Part shown: positions 10,717 through 22,881 of the stretch, in pieces
Layout: the number at the start of each line of letters is the position of its first letter
Position numbering within the stretch: the first letter of the stretch is position 1
Source of the DNA: Bacillus subtilis subsp. subtilis str. 168
Lineage (GTDB): Bacteria > Bacillota > Bacilli > Bacillales > Bacillaceae
Length of the DNA stretch: 32,000 nucleotides
NCBI RefSeq assembly: GCF_000009045.1
Contig: NC_000964.3
Location: 2,610,001-2,642,000 of the forward strand
Direction of reading: 5' to 3'
Translations under genes and position numbers: made by a program
The notes under the pieces: generated by a model
Told to the model about the DNA's origin: nothing
Database searches by the model: none
Seen by the model: only the letters and a program-made list of their open reading frames with translations

Positions 10717-11640
10717 ATGTTAATTCTGATTAGCTTTACTGCTCTTATATTATTCTTTCTCGCAGGCATGAACATGCTTCGAAAGGGCTTAATTTCAATG
10801 GCGTACTCAAAAATTGAAGAACGTTTGCTTTTATTTACAGACCATCCGTTAAAAGCGTTTCTTATCAGTATTGTATTTACGGGGATACTTCAGAGCAGCT
10901 CAGCCTTTATGGTCATTGTCATCGGCTTTGTAAGTGCGGGCGTTCTTTCTTTTAAGCGGACGATCCCGATGATTCTGGGGACAAATGTTGGCTCTACTTT
11001 TACAACTGAATTTATTGCTATCAAAATGGATATTGTGATTTGGGTTCTTTTAATAGGAGGTTTATTGTTTTTTCTGACTGGCAGGTATCCTTTGAAACAG
11101 CTGGGAACAAGCTTCCTTGGACTGGGCATCATCTTCTTTTGCATCAGCGGATTCAGCCATCTTGCCGGGCCGCTGACAAAGCTGAAAACGGGCGCCGACG
11201 TTCTATACCATGTTAACGATTCAAACTGGTCCGCTTTGCTCATCGGCATGGTGTTAACTGCCATCATTCACTCCAGTTCTGTCTGTATCGGCATTTTGAT
11301 GAGTTTTATGAATGAAGGGATTATCGGACTGACACAGGCGATGAGCGTCGTACTCGGATCAAATATCGGGACATGCATTACAGCTGTCATGGCTGCTGTA
11401 TCCGGCGGATATGCGGCGAAACAGACAGCATATGCCCATGTGGTATTTAACGTGCTAGGGGTGGCTCTAGTATTGCCTTTTCTGACCGCAGCGACCGGCT
11501 TTGTAGAGCAGTTATCACCTGATCCCGCACAAAAGATCGCGCATTTCAGCCTTTTATTTAATGTGGTGACAGCTCTTTTATTTCTTCCGCTTACAAACTT
11601 GTTTTACCGATTGATTCACCTTCTTATCCCGGCTAAATAA
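10717..11640 (+). CDS. yqeW: Na/Pi-cotransporter-family membrane protein YqeW
   Basis: Repeated GLGxx-type QSSSA / HSSSV motifs (GILQSSSAFMV, IIHSSSVCIGI), polytopic membrane protein. Track ORF begins at 10666. The probable start is GTG 10708 or ATG 10717. Confidence 0.88.
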   Translation: MLILISFTALILFFLAGMNMLRKGLISMAYSKIEERLLLFTDHPLKAFLISIVFTGILQSSSAFMVIVIGFVSAGVLSFKRTIPMILGTNVGSTFTTEFIAIKMDIVIWVLLIGGLLFFLTGRYPLKQLGTSFLGLGIIFFCISGFSHLAGPLTKLKTGADVLYHVNDSNWSALLIGMVLTAIIHSSSVCIGILMSFMNEGIIGLTQAMSVVLGSNIGTCITAVMAAVSGGYAAKQTAYAHVVFNVLGVALVLPFLTAATGFVEQLSPDPAQKIAHFSLLFNVVTALLFLPLTNLFYRLIHLLIPAK

Positions 11641-11673
11641 AAAAATCGGTACATTTTAATGCACCGATTTTTT
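11640..11673. terminator. Bidirectional terminator between convergent yqeW and mtaB
   Basis: AAAAATCGGT (11641-11650) / ACCGATTTTT (11663-11672), inner CATT/AATG pairing after one mismatch, A/T tracts on both sides. Confidence 0.9.
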
Positions 11674-11676
11674 AGG

Positions 11677-13032
11677 TTAAGAAGACAAACGCATGTGTTC
11701 AGTTATTTCATCCTCAACCACACGGACAAACTGTCCTTCGTTGTAAGGATAACCTGCTTTTAGGATTTTGACTTTTACGATTTTGCCGATCATATCTTCC
11801 GTACCTTTGAAAACAACCTTCATATAATTGTCTGTGTAACCGACAAACATATTTTCTTCTTCTGTTTCCTTAAACGCTTCCTCAGGGATAATCTCAAGCA
11901 CTTCATTTTCATACTGAGAAGCGTATTCTTTTGCAAGCTGGTCAGAAAGAGCAATCAGGCGGTGCACACGTTCGTTTTTCACGTTTTCATCCACTTGGTC
12001 TTCCATTCGTGCAGCTGGTGTTCCTGTACGCTTACTGTAAGGGAAAACATGCAGCTCAGAGAATTTATGTTCTTTAATAAAGTTATAGGTTTCCATAAAT
12101 TCTTCTTCTGTTTCTCCAGGGAACCCGACGATGACATCAGAAGTAACAGCTAAGCCTGGCAGTGCTTTTTTCAATTTATTTAAACGGTCTGCAAAGAATT
12201 CCATTGTATATTTGCGTCTCATCCGTTTAAGCACTGTGTTTGATCCGGATTGGATAGGAATATGCAAATGATTCACTATCTTATCTGAGCGGTCTAAGAC
12301 CTCGATCACTTCGTCAGTGATTTGGCTGGCTTCGATTGAAGAAATTCTGATCCGTTTCACGCCTTCCACACGGGTGTCTAATTCGCTCAAAAGCTTCGCG
12401 AAGTTGTAATCTTTCATATCTTCGCCGTAGCCGCCTGTATGAATACCCGTAAGAACAATTTCCTTATATCCGGCATCGACAAGCTGCTGCGCTTGTTTAA
12501 TGACTTCTTCAGGGTCGCGGGAGCGGAGCAGGCCTCTCGCCCACGGAATGATACAGAATGTGCAGAAATTATTGCAGCCCTCCTGTATTTTCAATGACGC
12601 TCTTGTGCGGTCCGTGAAAGCAGGCACATCAAGCTCTTCATATACTCTTGCTTTCATGATGTTGCTGACGCCATTAATCGGCTGGCGTTCTTCTCGGTAT
12701 TGGTCAATGTAGCCAAGCATTTTTTCACGGTCCTGTGTTCCGACTACAATGTCGACACCGGGGATCGCCATAATCTCAGCAGGTGAGGTTTGCGCGTAGC
12801 AGCCTGTGACACAGATGACACCGTCAGGATTTTGACGAATGGCGCGTCTGATCACTTGGCGGCTTTTTTTATCTCCCGTATTTGTAACCGTACATGTATT
12901 AATGACATATACATCAGCTGTTTGTTCAAAGTCTCTTCTTTCATAGCCCGCTTCTTTGAAAAGCTGCCAGATTGCTTCTGTTTCATAATGGTTGACTTTA
13001 CAGCCAAGCGTATGGAAAGCAACAGTTGCCAT
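11677..13032 (-). CDS. mtaB: tRNA (N6-threonylcarbamoyladenosine37) methylthiotransferase MtaB (YqeV)
   Basis: MiaB-family: N-terminal Cys cluster, radical SAM EGCNNFCTFCIIP, C-terminal TRAM-like region. Confidence 0.95.
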   Translation of the reverse strand: MATVAFHTLGCKVNHYETEAIWQLFKEAGYERRDFEQTADVYVINTCTVTNTGDKKSRQVIRRAIRQNPDGVICVTGCYAQTSPAEIMAIPGVDIVVGTQDREKMLGYIDQYREERQPINGVSNIMKARVYEELDVPAFTDRTRASLKIQEGCNNFCTFCIIPWARGLLRSRDPEEVIKQAQQLVDAGYKEIVLTGIHTGGYGEDMKDYNFAKLLSELDTRVEGVKRIRISSIEASQITDEVIEVLDRSDKIVNHLHIPIQSGSNTVLKRMRRKYTMEFFADRLNKLKKALPGLAVTSDVIVGFPGETEEEFMETYNFIKEHKFSELHVFPYSKRTGTPAARMEDQVDENVKNERVHRLIALSDQLAKEYASQYENEVLEIIPEEAFKETEEENMFVGYTDNYMKVVFKGTEDMIGKIVKVKILKAGYPYNEGQFVRVVEDEITEHMRLSS

Positions 13033-13802
13033 TACTGATCACCTCTTAATAACTCTGTTTGATAAGAAATCGCACTCAACGCGTATAGCGGAGCGGTTTC
13101 TGTCCTTAAAATTCTCGGTCCAAGGCCGCACGTCACACCGTCTTGCTCTGTGAGCCGTTCAACCTCCGCTTCTGTTAAACCGCCTTCGGGACCAAATACG
13201 ATCAATAGAGATGATCCTTTCGGAAGGCTGCTTACAATCGCGCTGAATGCGCTTATTTCCCCTTGCTTCGATGACTCCTCGTATGCAACGACACATTTAT
13301 CGAAATCCTGCATCCTTTGAAGAAGCTGCTGAAAAGAATGGACATCCATCACTCGCGGCACTTCGTTACGGTACGATTGCTCAGCCGCTTCCTTCGCAAT
13401 TTTCGTCCATCTTTCCCGCTTTTTCTTTGCCTTTTTGTCATCCAGCTTGACAACAGAACGCGCGGCTTGGAAAGGAATAAAGGCATGAGCTCCGAGCTCA
13501 GTCCCCTTTTGGATAATCCATTCAAGCTTATCTCCTTTCGGAAGGCCGCTCGCAATATAGACCTTTATCGGAAGCTCTCTGTTTTCATTCGTCCATTCTA
13601 TCACAAGGCAGGACACTTTATCTTTGGAAACAGATTGAAGTTCACATTTTGCCTCGAAGCCGTCTTGAGAGCAGCAGATAATCTGATCTCCCTCATTCAT
13701 TCTCATCACGTTCACAATATGATGAACTTCTTCGCCGGTAATCGAAAAAGTCGGCGCTTCCTCTATTTGCTGCTTCGTGAGCTCGATAAAATATCGTTGC
13801 AT
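13032..13802 (-). CDS. rsmE: 16S rRNA (uracil1498-N3)-methyltransferase RsmE (YqeU)
   Basis: SPOUT family motifs FGPEGGLTEAEVE and LGPRILRTETAPLYALSAISY. Likely start is MQRYFIEL at 13802 (track 13814). Confidence 0.93.
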   Translation of the reverse strand: MQRYFIELTKQQIEEAPTFSITGEEVHHIVNVMRMNEGDQIICCSQDGFEAKCELQSVSKDKVSCLVIEWTNENRELPIKVYIASGLPKGDKLEWIIQKGTELGAHAFIPFQAARSVVKLDDKKAKKKRERWTKIAKEAAEQSYRNEVPRVMDVHSFQQLLQRMQDFDKCVVAYEESSKQGEISAFSAIVSSLPKGSSLLIVFGPEGGLTEAEVERLTEQDGVTCGLGPRILRTETAPLYALSAISYQTELLRGDQ

Positions 13803-13824
13803 ACGCTGTGACACCTACTAACTG

Positions 13825-14760
13825 TTATTTTTTCGCAATAATGCTGACCCAATCTTCCATTGAAAGGATTTCTACAATGGTAAAGCCAGCTTGTTCCAGT
13901 GCTTCTTTTACTTCTTGTTTTTTATGACCGATGATTCCTGACGTAATAAAGTGACCGCCTTCTTTTAACAGGCTGTACGCTTGTGAAGTAAAGCGAAGAA
14001 TGACTTCAGCCAAAATGTTGGCCACAATCACATCATGTTCCCCTTCAATCCCGTCTAACAAATTGTTTTGCTTCACTTGAGCAATATCGCTGACTTTGTT
14101 CAGCTTGAGATTGAGGCGTGCACTTTCTACAGCCACGGGATCAAGATCGTAGGCATGAACCGATTCAGCCTCAAGCATTGCAGCCGCAATACTTAAAATT
14201 CCCGAACCAGTGCCGACATCAATCACCTTATCACCCTTTTGCACAAAGCGTTCAAGCGCCTGAATGCAGAGTACGGTTGTCGGATGTGTCCCTGTGCCGA
14301 AAGCCATTCCCGGGTCCATTTCAATAATCAGTTCATCAGTATGGACCGGCGTATATTCCTCCCACGTCGGCACAATTGTAAACTTTTCAGAAATTTTCAC
14401 AGGATGATAATACTTTTTCCAGGCAGTCGCCCACTCTTCTTCATTTACTTCAGAAATAGTGATGTGGTTTCTGCCCAAATCAATATTGTAAAGAAGGAGA
14501 TTATTAATCGTTTCTTTGATGCCGTCTACAGTTTCGCCCAGAAAACTGTTAACCGGCAGATATGCTTTGACAATGACACCCTCATCTGGGTAATCATTGG
14601 GGTCGAGCTGGTAGATTTCCCCGTACACATTCTCACGTTCTTTAATTAAATCAAGCGGGTCCTCTATCACAACCCCACTTGCACCAGCTTCATGCAATAT
14701 ATTTGAGATAGGTTCGACCGCTTCATGTGTTGTGTGAATGCTTAATTCGGACCATTTCAA
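13825..14760 (-). CDS. prmA: Ribosomal protein L11 methyltransferase
   Basis: SAM-binding [16 protein letters not shown] and post-motif NILAEVI. Likely TTG start at 14760 after GAGGAG (311 aa), versus track 14781. Confidence 0.94.
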   Translation of the reverse strand: MKWSELSIHTTHEAVEPISNILHEAGASGVVIEDPLDLIKERENVYGEIYQLDPNDYPDEGVIVKAYLPVNSFLGETVDGIKETINNLLLYNIDLGRNHITISEVNEEEWATAWKKYYHPVKISEKFTIVPTWEEYTPVHTDELIIEMDPGMAFGTGTHPTTVLCIQALERFVQKGDKVIDVGTGSGILSIAAAMLEAESVHAYDLDPVAVESARLNLKLNKVSDIAQVKQNNLLDGIEGEHDVIVANILAEVILRFTSQAYSLLKEGGHFITSGIIGHKKQEVKEALEQAGFTIVEILSMEDWVSIIAKK

Positions 14761-14784
14761 AACTACCAACTCCTCATCCAATAA

Positions 14785-15912
14785 TTAATCGCCTTTAAAC
14801 GCGCGTTTTACCTTGTCAAAGAAACTCATTTCCTGTTCGTCAGGCAGGTTTCCGCTGACTTCGGCAAATTCGCGGATAATGTCTTTTTGTTTATCAGTCA
14901 GATTTGTCGGCGTAACGACGCGGACGACGATATGCTGGTCACCCTGTCCATAGCCTCTGACATTTTGAACGCCTTTGCCTCTTAATCTGAATTTCGTTCC
15001 TGTTTGTGTACCGGCCGGAATTTTCAATTTCACTTTTCCATGCAGCGTCGGCACTTCTACCTCATCTCCAAGAGCAGCCTGAGCAAACGTTAACGGCATT
15101 TCACAGTAAATATCATCGCCGTCACGCTCGAAGAACTCGTGTGCGCGTACATGGAACACGACAAATAAATCCCCGGCAGGGCCGCCGTTTATTCCTGGTT
15201 CACCCTGTCCCGAGAGACGAAGCTGCTGCCCGTCATCTACACCGGCTGGAATTGTCACATTGATTTTCTTGCGTTTTTTGATTTTTCCTTTGCCGCCGCA
15301 GTCCGCACATTTGTTTTTAATGATTTTGCCTGTACCTTCACAGTGGTGGCAGACCCGTCTGTTAACGACTTTTCCAAACGGTGTATTTTGCTCCACGTTT
15401 AACTGGCCGGAGCCTCCGCAGTGGGAGCATGTTTCTGGATTTGTTCCAGGTTTCGCACCTGAGCCTTTACATGTTTCGCACGTTTCCTCGCGGGGAATTT
15501 CGATGGTTGTTTCTTTACCGAAAGCCGCATCCTCAAACGACAGGGTCATCGTATACTGTAAATCAGCACCCTGGCGCGGAGCGTTTGGATCTCTTCGTCT
15601 TGTGCCTCCGCCGAATATACTTGAGAAAATATCATCGAAACCAAAACCGCCGAAATCGCCGCCGCCAAAACCTCCGCCGCCGAAGCCTTGGTTAGGGTCA
15701 GTGTGACCAAATTGATCGTAATGCGCACGTTTTTGGTCATCTGACAGCGTTTCGTATGCTTCTTTTACCTCTTTAAATTTTTCATCTGATCCGGCTTCTT
15801 TGTTAATATCAGGATGATATTTTTTTGACAGCTTCCGATAAGCTTTTTTAATTTCATCCTTTGAAGCGCTCTTACTTACTCCCAGCACTTCATAGTAATC
15901 ACGCTTACTCAT
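14785..15912 (-). CDS. dnaJ: Chaperone DnaJ
   Basis: J-domain with HPD (KYHPDINKE), G/F region, four CxxCxGxG zinc repeats. Confidence 0.98.
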
Positions 15913-15947
15913 CTCGCTTCACTCTCCCGAATTTCTCACATAAATTA

Positions 15948-15978
15948 GATTGTATCATTTTGAATTATGATTTTTCAA
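15948..15978 (-). promoter_or_regulatory. Putative internal sigma-A promoter for dnaJ-distal genes
   Basis: Extended -10 TGATACAAT (TACAAT at 15953-15948). Candidate -35 TTGAAA (15978-15973) with a long 19-nt spacer. Confidence 0.5.
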
Positions 15979-15998
15979 TTCCTTTTATCCCGGGCAAG

Positions 15999-16037
15999 AA
16001 AAAAAGTCAAAGCCAAGAGATGCCTGACTTTGACTTT
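15999..16037 (-). terminator. Terminator-like hairpin between dnaK and dnaJ
   Basis: Perfect 10-bp AAAGTCAAAG (16003-16012) / CTTTGACTTT (16028-16037), followed by 7 T in minus-strand sense. Confidence 0.85.
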
Positions 16038-16111
16038 CTAATCATTGAATCAGATTATGAAATGTGTTCTTTTCGGTCAGCTCCGGAAGCGGGGCTGACA
16101 CTAAAAAGAAC

Positions 16112-17962
<1,851 letters not shown>

Positions 17963-17970
17963 CTATGTAA

Positions 17971-18534
17971 TTATTGATTCACTTTGACCATGGAAGGGCG
18001 AATGACGCGATCCTTCAGCTTATAGCCTTTTTGCATTTCCTCAACAACAATGTTGGAGCCGTAGTTTTCGTCTTCAGCCTGCATAACAGCTTGGTGCAGA
18101 TTAGGATCAAATTCCTGCCCTACAGCTTCGATGGCTTCGACGCCTTCTTTTTTCAAGGCTTCTACGAGCTGACGGTGGACCATTTCCATTCCCTGGAGCA
18201 AACTTTTCGTCTGTTCATTGTCGGCTTCAACCTGAAGCGCTCGTTCAAAACTGTCAAGAGCCGGCAGCAAATCAGTCACGATATTTTGAGAACGGTATTT
18301 TTGGGACGCTTCCATCTCTAAACGGCTGCGTCGTTTATAGTTTTCAAAGTCTGCTTGAACACGCAAAAGTTTGTTTTCTTTTTCCTCAAGCAAACCTTGC
18401 AATTCGTTAATTTGGTTTTGAAGAAGTTCGCTTTCATTTGTTTCTTCCTGCTGTTCATCAGCGGCAGCTTGTTCTTCAATGATTTCTTGCTCTTCTGTTT
18501 CGTTTTGTTCAACGGTTTGTTTTTCTTCTGACAT
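17971..18534 (-). CDS. grpE: Nucleotide exchange factor GrpE
   Basis: Acidic N-terminus, coiled coil, ...[33 protein letters not shown]. Start at 18534 (MSEEKQ) after GGGAGGTG, not 18552. Confidence 0.97.
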   Translation of the reverse strand: MSEEKQTVEQNETEEQEIIEEQAAADEQQEETNESELLQNQINELQGLLEEKENKLLRVQADFENYKRRSRLEMEASQKYRSQNIVTDLLPALDSFERALQVEADNEQTKSLLQGMEMVHRQLVEALKKEGVEAIEAVGQEFDPNLHQAVMQAEDENYGSNIVVEEMQKGYKLKDRVIRPSMVKVNQ

Positions 18535-18562
18535 TGTGTTCACCTCCCTCAAAGTGTAAGGA

Positions 18563-18583
18563 GAAGGACAGGTGCTGCCCTTC
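18563..18583 (-). promoter_or_regulatory. Stable intercistronic hairpin between hrcA and grpE (candidate mRNA processing/stability element)
   Basis: Minus strand GAAGGGCAG-CAC-CTGTCCTTC: 9 pairs (one G-U), 3-nt loop, no T-tract. Confidence 0.65.
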
Positions 18584-18605
18584 GATAAAATTTGCCAAAA
18601 TTCCC

Positions 18606-19637
18606 TTATTCATCATACAGACTTGTTAATGCTTTTGACAAGTCCGAAGTCACATGCTGAAGCAGGCTGACAACCCTGGAATAATTCATGCGGGTCGGGC
18701 CGATAATCGCAATTGAGCCGATCTGCTTCTGGTCTACGGAATAAGAAGCCGTAATCAGACTGCAATTTTCCATCTCTTCATAGTCGTTTTCTTTTCCGAT
18801 TTTAATCGAAATTCCCGTGTGCGGGGATTGAACCAGCTTTAAAACATCCTGTTCTTTCTCAATTAATGAAAGCAGCGACCGAACTCGGGTGATATCATGG
18901 AACTCAGGCTGGTTCAGCATATTGATTTTCCCGCCAAAAAACAACTTTTCAACGTGATTTGTGGAATGAAAGGTTGAACGAAGCGCGTCGAGTATATTGT
19001 CATAGTTTTTAATGTGCTGTCTTAGGTACATGACAACTTCTTTAAATATGCGCTCATTCAGTTCATCCATTGGAACGCCGCTTAAACGGTCGTTCAGTAT
19101 ATTTACCAGTTTTTCAATATCAGACAGATCCATTTTGGTCGGAAAGTTAATCGTTTTGTTTTCCACATGCCCCGTATTGGTAACGAGAATCGCTACCGCC
19201 ATATCAGGCTGAATCGGAATGATTTGAATCTGTTTAAGGTAATTCTCACTCAACTTCGGCCCGAGTACGATGGATGTGTAATTCGTCAGATCGGACAAAA
19301 TTTGCGCTGATTTTTGAACTGTCTTCTCCAGCTCGAAAATTTTCTCTTTGAAGATCGAGTGGATTTGGTCCAGGTCGCTTTTCGTCAATTTGACGGGTGA
19401 CAGCAAATGGTCAACATAGTACCGATACCCTTTTTCTGACGGAACACGTCCTGAGGATGAATGGGTTTTTTCAATAAAGCCCAATTCCTCCAAGTCAGCC
19501 ATCTCGTTTCTTATTGTTGCAGAGCTAAATGTGATTTCATCTTTTTTCGAAAGAGTTCTTGATCCCACCGGCTGTGCCGATTTAATAAAATCGTTGATTA
19601 TAACCTGAAGGATCAGCAGCTGACGATTTGTTAACAT
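18606..19637 (-). CDS. hrcA: Heat-inducible transcription repressor HrcA
   Basis: [28 protein letters not shown]...[18 protein letters not shown]. 343 aa from ATG at 19637. The track start at 19664 would lie inside the CIRCE operator. Confidence 0.97.
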   Translation of the reverse strand: MLTNRQLLILQVIINDFIKSAQPVGSRTLSKKDEITFSSATIRNEMADLEELGFIEKTHSSSGRVPSEKGYRYYVDHLLSPVKLTKSDLDQIHSIFKEKIFELEKTVQKSAQILSDLTNYTSIVLGPKLSENYLKQIQIIPIQPDMAVAILVTNTGHVENKTINFPTKMDLSDIEKLVNILNDRLSGVPMDELNERIFKEVVMYLRQHIKNYDNILDALRSTFHSTNHVEKLFFGGKINMLNQPEFHDITRVRSLLSLIEKEQDVLKLVQSPHTGISIKIGKENDYEEMENCSLITASYSVDQKQIGSIAIIGPTRMNYSRVVSLLQHVTSDLSKALTSLYDE

Positions 19638-19651
19638 CATCATCACCTCTG

Positions 19652-19678
19652 TTAGCACTCTCAATAAGCGAGTGCTAA
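19652..19678. promoter_or_regulatory. CIRCE element (HrcA operator)
   Basis: Perfect TTAGCACTC-N9-GAGTGCTAA upstream of hrcA. Confidence 0.98.
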
Positions 19679-19688
19679 TTCTATAACA

Positions 19689-19717
19689 AAAGTATCAAAC
19701 CACAAGAAAAATGTCAA
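19689..19717 (-). promoter_or_regulatory. Sigma-A promoter of the dnaK operon
   Basis: Minus strand TTGACA (19717-19712), 17-nt spacer, TACTTT (19694-19689), immediately upstream of CIRCE. Confidence 0.85.
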
Positions 19718-20857
19718 TTATAACTCACCCAAAAAAGCGCCAAAAACTTCATTGCCTAATAATTTCCCTTGATGAGTCAAATAAACGGCAGACTCCGAAT
19801 TGTGAATCAGCCCTTTTTCAGCGAGGTCTTTTAACACGCTTGGGAAAAGTCCATCCAGGGAACGGCCGTATTTTTCTGCGAATCGTTTTTTGCTGACACC
19901 GGCTGTTTTTCTCAAACCTAAAAACATTTCTTCCTCAATCTGTTCTTCTGTTGTCACTTCATGTGTATCTCTGTACGGAAAACCCTTTTCAGCTATCAGG
20001 TCAATGTAATGCTTAACAGGTCCGACGTTCACTGTTCGTGTGCCGCCAATATATCCGTGAGCGCCAGCTCCGAAACCGAAATATTGTTCGTTGCTCCAAT
20101 ACGTTAGATTGTGCTTAGATTCCATGCCTGCCTTAGCAAAGTTGCTGATTTCATATTGATGAATGCCGTGAGCTTCCATCTTGCTCATCACTATTTCATA
20201 CATTTCAGCTTCCTGCTCCTGCGGCGGAAGATGAAGCCGCCCTTTTTGCATCAAATTATAAAATACCGTTTTCGGTTCTACAATAAGGGAGTAAACGGAA
20301 TAATGCTCAGCGTCCAATGATAAAGCAGTGTTTATGGAATGTTCCAGATGCTTGAGGGTTTGCCCCGGAAGCCCGAACATGAGATCAAGACTGATATTCT
20401 CAAAACCGATTTCCCGCGCTCTTTCAAAAGAGGTGAATACATCTTTTTGCTTGTGCACTCGGCCGATTTTTTCTAACAGATCGTCTTCGAACGTTTGCAC
20501 ACCAAAGCTAAGGCGATTTACGCCTGCTTCTTTTAATATTTTTAATTTCTCTGCGGACAAATCGTCCGGATTCGCTTCAACCGCAAATTCCGATAAGTCG
20601 CTTGAGGGCTTTAGCACGCGGTTGATCATATCCATCAGCTTTTTAAGCTGTTCCTCAGACAGGGAGGTCGGCGTGCCTCCTCCGATAAAGATTGTTTTGA
20701 GATCAGGCTGCCCGGTTTTTGCTATTGTATTTATCATTTCCTGTTCGAGTGCGTTTAAATACTCGTCGACTGGCTGACTTTGAATAAAATATTTATTGAA
20801 ATCGCAGTAGTGGCAAATATGCTCACAAAATGGGATATGGATATAAGCTGATTTCAA
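19718..20857 (-). CDS. hemW: Radical SAM HemN/HemW-family protein (heme chaperone HemW)
   Basis: AYIHIPFCEHICHYCDFNK CxxxCxxC motif. 379-382 aa. Start is probably TTG at 20857 (MKSAYIHIPFC), track 20866. Confidence 0.92.
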   Translation of the reverse strand: MKSAYIHIPFCEHICHYCDFNKYFIQSQPVDEYLNALEQEMINTIAKTGQPDLKTIFIGGGTPTSLSEEQLKKLMDMINRVLKPSSDLSEFAVEANPDDLSAEKLKILKEAGVNRLSFGVQTFEDDLLEKIGRVHKQKDVFTSFERAREIGFENISLDLMFGLPGQTLKHLEHSINTALSLDAEHYSVYSLIVEPKTVFYNLMQKGRLHLPPQEQEAEMYEIVMSKMEAHGIHQYEISNFAKAGMESKHNLTYWSNEQYFGFGAGAHGYIGGTRTVNVGPVKHYIDLIAEKGFPYRDTHEVTTEEQIEEEMFLGLRKTAGVSKKRFAEKYGRSLDGLFPSVLKDLAEKGLIHNSESAVYLTHQGKLLGNEVFGAFLGEL

Positions 20858-20879
20858 CGGATTCACCTTCTTTACAGAA

Positions 20880-20911
20880 AGAAGCCGCAGTACAAGACTG
20901 CGGCGGCTTCT
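20880..20911 (-). terminator. Hairpin at the 3' end of lepA
   Basis: AGAAG..CCGCAGT (20880-20891) / ACTGCGG..CTTCT (20897-20911) with a 3-nt CGG bulge. Weak T-tract, overlaps the lepA stop codon. Confidence 0.55.
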
Positions 20912-22748
20912 ATTGTTTTTTCGGACTGTCGTCCATTTTCAGAACTGCCATAAATGCTTCTTGCGGCACTTCAACTGAGCCGACCTGCTTCATACGGCGC
21001 TTTCCTTCTTTTTGTTTTTCAAGAAGTTTCCGTTTACGCGAGATGTCCCCTCCGTAACATTTAGCCAATACGTTTTTACGCATTGCTTTTATGGTGGAGC
21101 GGGCCACGATTTTCTGGCCGATTGCGGCTTGTACCGGAACTTCAAACTGCTGGCGCGGAATGAGTTCTTTCAGTTTTTCAACGATCACTTTTCCCCGTTC
21201 ATATGCGTAATCACGATGCACGATAAAGGAAAGGGCATCGATTTTTTCACCATTCAGCATAATGTCCATTTTCACAAGCTTGGACGGTTTGTAGCCGATC
21301 AGTTCATAATCAAAGGACGCATAGCCTTTAGTGCTTGATTTCAGCTGATCAAAAAACTCATATACGATTTCCGCTAATGGCATATCATAAATGATGCTGA
21401 CACGGTTTGCGTCTAAATACTGCATATCAATGAAATTGCCGCGTTTTCCTTGGCAAAGCTCCATTACAGCGCCGACATAGTCATTCGGCACCATCATCGT
21501 CGCTTTTACGTATGGCTCCTCAACCCTTTCGATCTTTTGAGGATCCGGCATGTTGGACGGGTTGTCGACAACGACCTTTTCGCCGTCTGTCATATACACG
21601 TCATAGATAACGCTTGGCGCTGTCGTAATCAGGTCGATGTTGAACTCACGCTCAATTCGCTCCTGAATGATCTCCATGTGAAGCATGCCTAAAAATCCGC
21701 AGCGGAACCCGAATCCAAGCGCTTGCGAAGTTTCCGCTTCATATTGAAGGGAGGAATCATTCAGCTCAAGCTTTTCAAGAGCTTCCCTTAAATCATTATA
21801 CTTCGCTGTATCAATCGGATACAAACCACAGTACACCATCGGGTTTAGCTTGCGGTATCCCGGCAGCGCTTCTTCTGCAGGATTGGCAGCGCTCGTTATT
21901 GTATCACCGACACGTGTGTCACCAACATTTTTGATTGAGGCAGTCAGGAAGCCTACATCACCGACCGTCAGTTCATTTGTCGGAGTTGCTTTCGGCGTGA
22001 ACACGCCCACCTCTGTTACTTCGAATTCTTTGCCGGTTGCCATCATTTTGATTTTTTGTCCCGGCTTTACCGTTCCTTCAACGACTCTGATATAAGCCAC
22101 GACACCGCGGTAGGCGTCATAAAGCGAGTCGAAGATCAGCGCTTTGAGCGGCGCCTCCGGATCTCCGGTCGGAGCTGGCACCTTTTCTACGATTTGTTCT
22201 AAAATCTCCTCAATCCCGATACCGGCTTTTGCTGAAGCAAGCACGGCTTCTGATGCGTCAAGGCCGATAACGTCTTCTACCTCTTGGCGCACACGTTCGG
22301 GCTCGGCGCTCGGAAGGTCGATTTTATTGATGACCGGAAGGATTTCAAGATCGTTGTCAAGCGCTAAGTAGACATTGGCGAGCGTCTGCGCTTCAATCCC
22401 CTGGGCTGCATCCACGACAAGAATCGCTCCCTCGCAGGCAGCAAGGCTTCGGGATACTTCATACGTGAAGTCGACGTGTCCCGGCGTATCGATTAGATGA
22501 AAGATATATTCTTCTCCGTCTTTTGCTTTATATTTAAGCTGAACAGAGTTTAATTTAATGGTTATGCCCCGCTCACGTTCAAGATCCATAGAATCGAGCA
22601 ATTGTTCTTTCATTTCTCGTTGAGTGATTGCCGACGTTTTTTCTAAAATACGATCCGCTAAGGTCGATTTTCCGTGGTCAATATGGGCAATGATAGAGAA
22701 ATTCCGTATTCTCGATTGCCTCTCTAAACGCTTTTCTTTATCTGTCAC
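20910..22748 (-). CDS. lepA: Elongation factor 4 (LepA)
   Basis: [29 protein letters not shown], and a characteristic C-terminus with [27 protein letters not shown]. Confidence 0.99.
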   Translation of the reverse strand: MTDKEKRLERQSRIRNFSIIAHIDHGKSTLADRILEKTSAITQREMKEQLLDSMDLERERGITIKLNSVQLKYKAKDGEEYIFHLIDTPGHVDFTYEVSRSLAACEGAILVVDAAQGIEAQTLANVYLALDNDLEILPVINKIDLPSAEPERVRQEVEDVIGLDASEAVLASAKAGIGIEEILEQIVEKVPAPTGDPEAPLKALIFDSLYDAYRGVVAYIRVVEGTVKPGQKIKMMATGKEFEVTEVGVFTPKATPTNELTVGDVGFLTASIKNVGDTRVGDTITSAANPAEEALPGYRKLNPMVYCGLYPIDTAKYNDLREALEKLELNDSSLQYEAETSQALGFGFRCGFLGMLHMEIIQERIEREFNIDLITTAPSVIYDVYMTDGEKVVVDNPSNMPDPQKIERVEEPYVKATMMVPNDYVGAVMELCQGKRGNFIDMQYLDANRVSIIYDMPLAEIVYEFFDQLKSSTKGYASFDYELIGYKPSKLVKMDIMLNGEKIDALSFIVHRDYAYERGKVIVEKLKELIPRQQFEVPVQAAIGQKIVARSTIKAMRKNVLAKCYGGDISRKRKLLEKQKEGKRRMKQVGSVEVPQEAFMAVLKMDDSPKKQ

Positions 22749-22791
22749 AATCTATCACTCCTACTATTAAACGCAAAATACACTAGCTTAG

Positions 22792-22820
22792 ATTATATCA
22801 ATAGGATTGTAAAGATTCAA
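22792..22820 (-). promoter_or_regulatory. Sigma-A promoter upstream of lepA
   Basis: Minus strand TTGAAT (22820-22815), 17-nt spacer, TATAAT (22797-22792), with extended TGA-TATAAT. Confidence 0.8.
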
Positions 22821-22830
22821 TGTAAAACAA

Positions 22831-22875
22831 GAAAGAGAAAAGTTCCCTATCATATCTGGGTTGCTTTTCTCTTTC
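22831..22875 (-). terminator. Terminator downstream of yqxA
   Basis: Perfect 12-bp GAAAGAGAAAAG (22831-22842) / CTTTTCTCTTTC (22864-22875), followed on the minus strand by TTGTTTT. Confidence 0.75.
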
Positions 22876-22881
22876 ACGTAC

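Noticed and set aside
12500-13811. Plus-strand ORFs opposite mtaB and rsmE, including a 164-aa ORF (13317..13811)
   Set aside because: They lie wholly within genes of clear identity, have no RBS or known motifs, and rsmE itself is intact.
15640-15720. Repetitive GGN-rich stretch that could look like a tandem repeat
   Set aside because: It encodes the DnaJ Gly/Phe-rich linker ([19 protein letters not shown]).
15006-15740. Several plus- and minus-strand ORFs (85-148 aa) overlapping dnaJ
   Set aside because: They are shadow ORFs of a strongly coding gene. The Gly/Phe-rich and CxxCxGxG regions give low-complexity antisense translations, with no RBS support.
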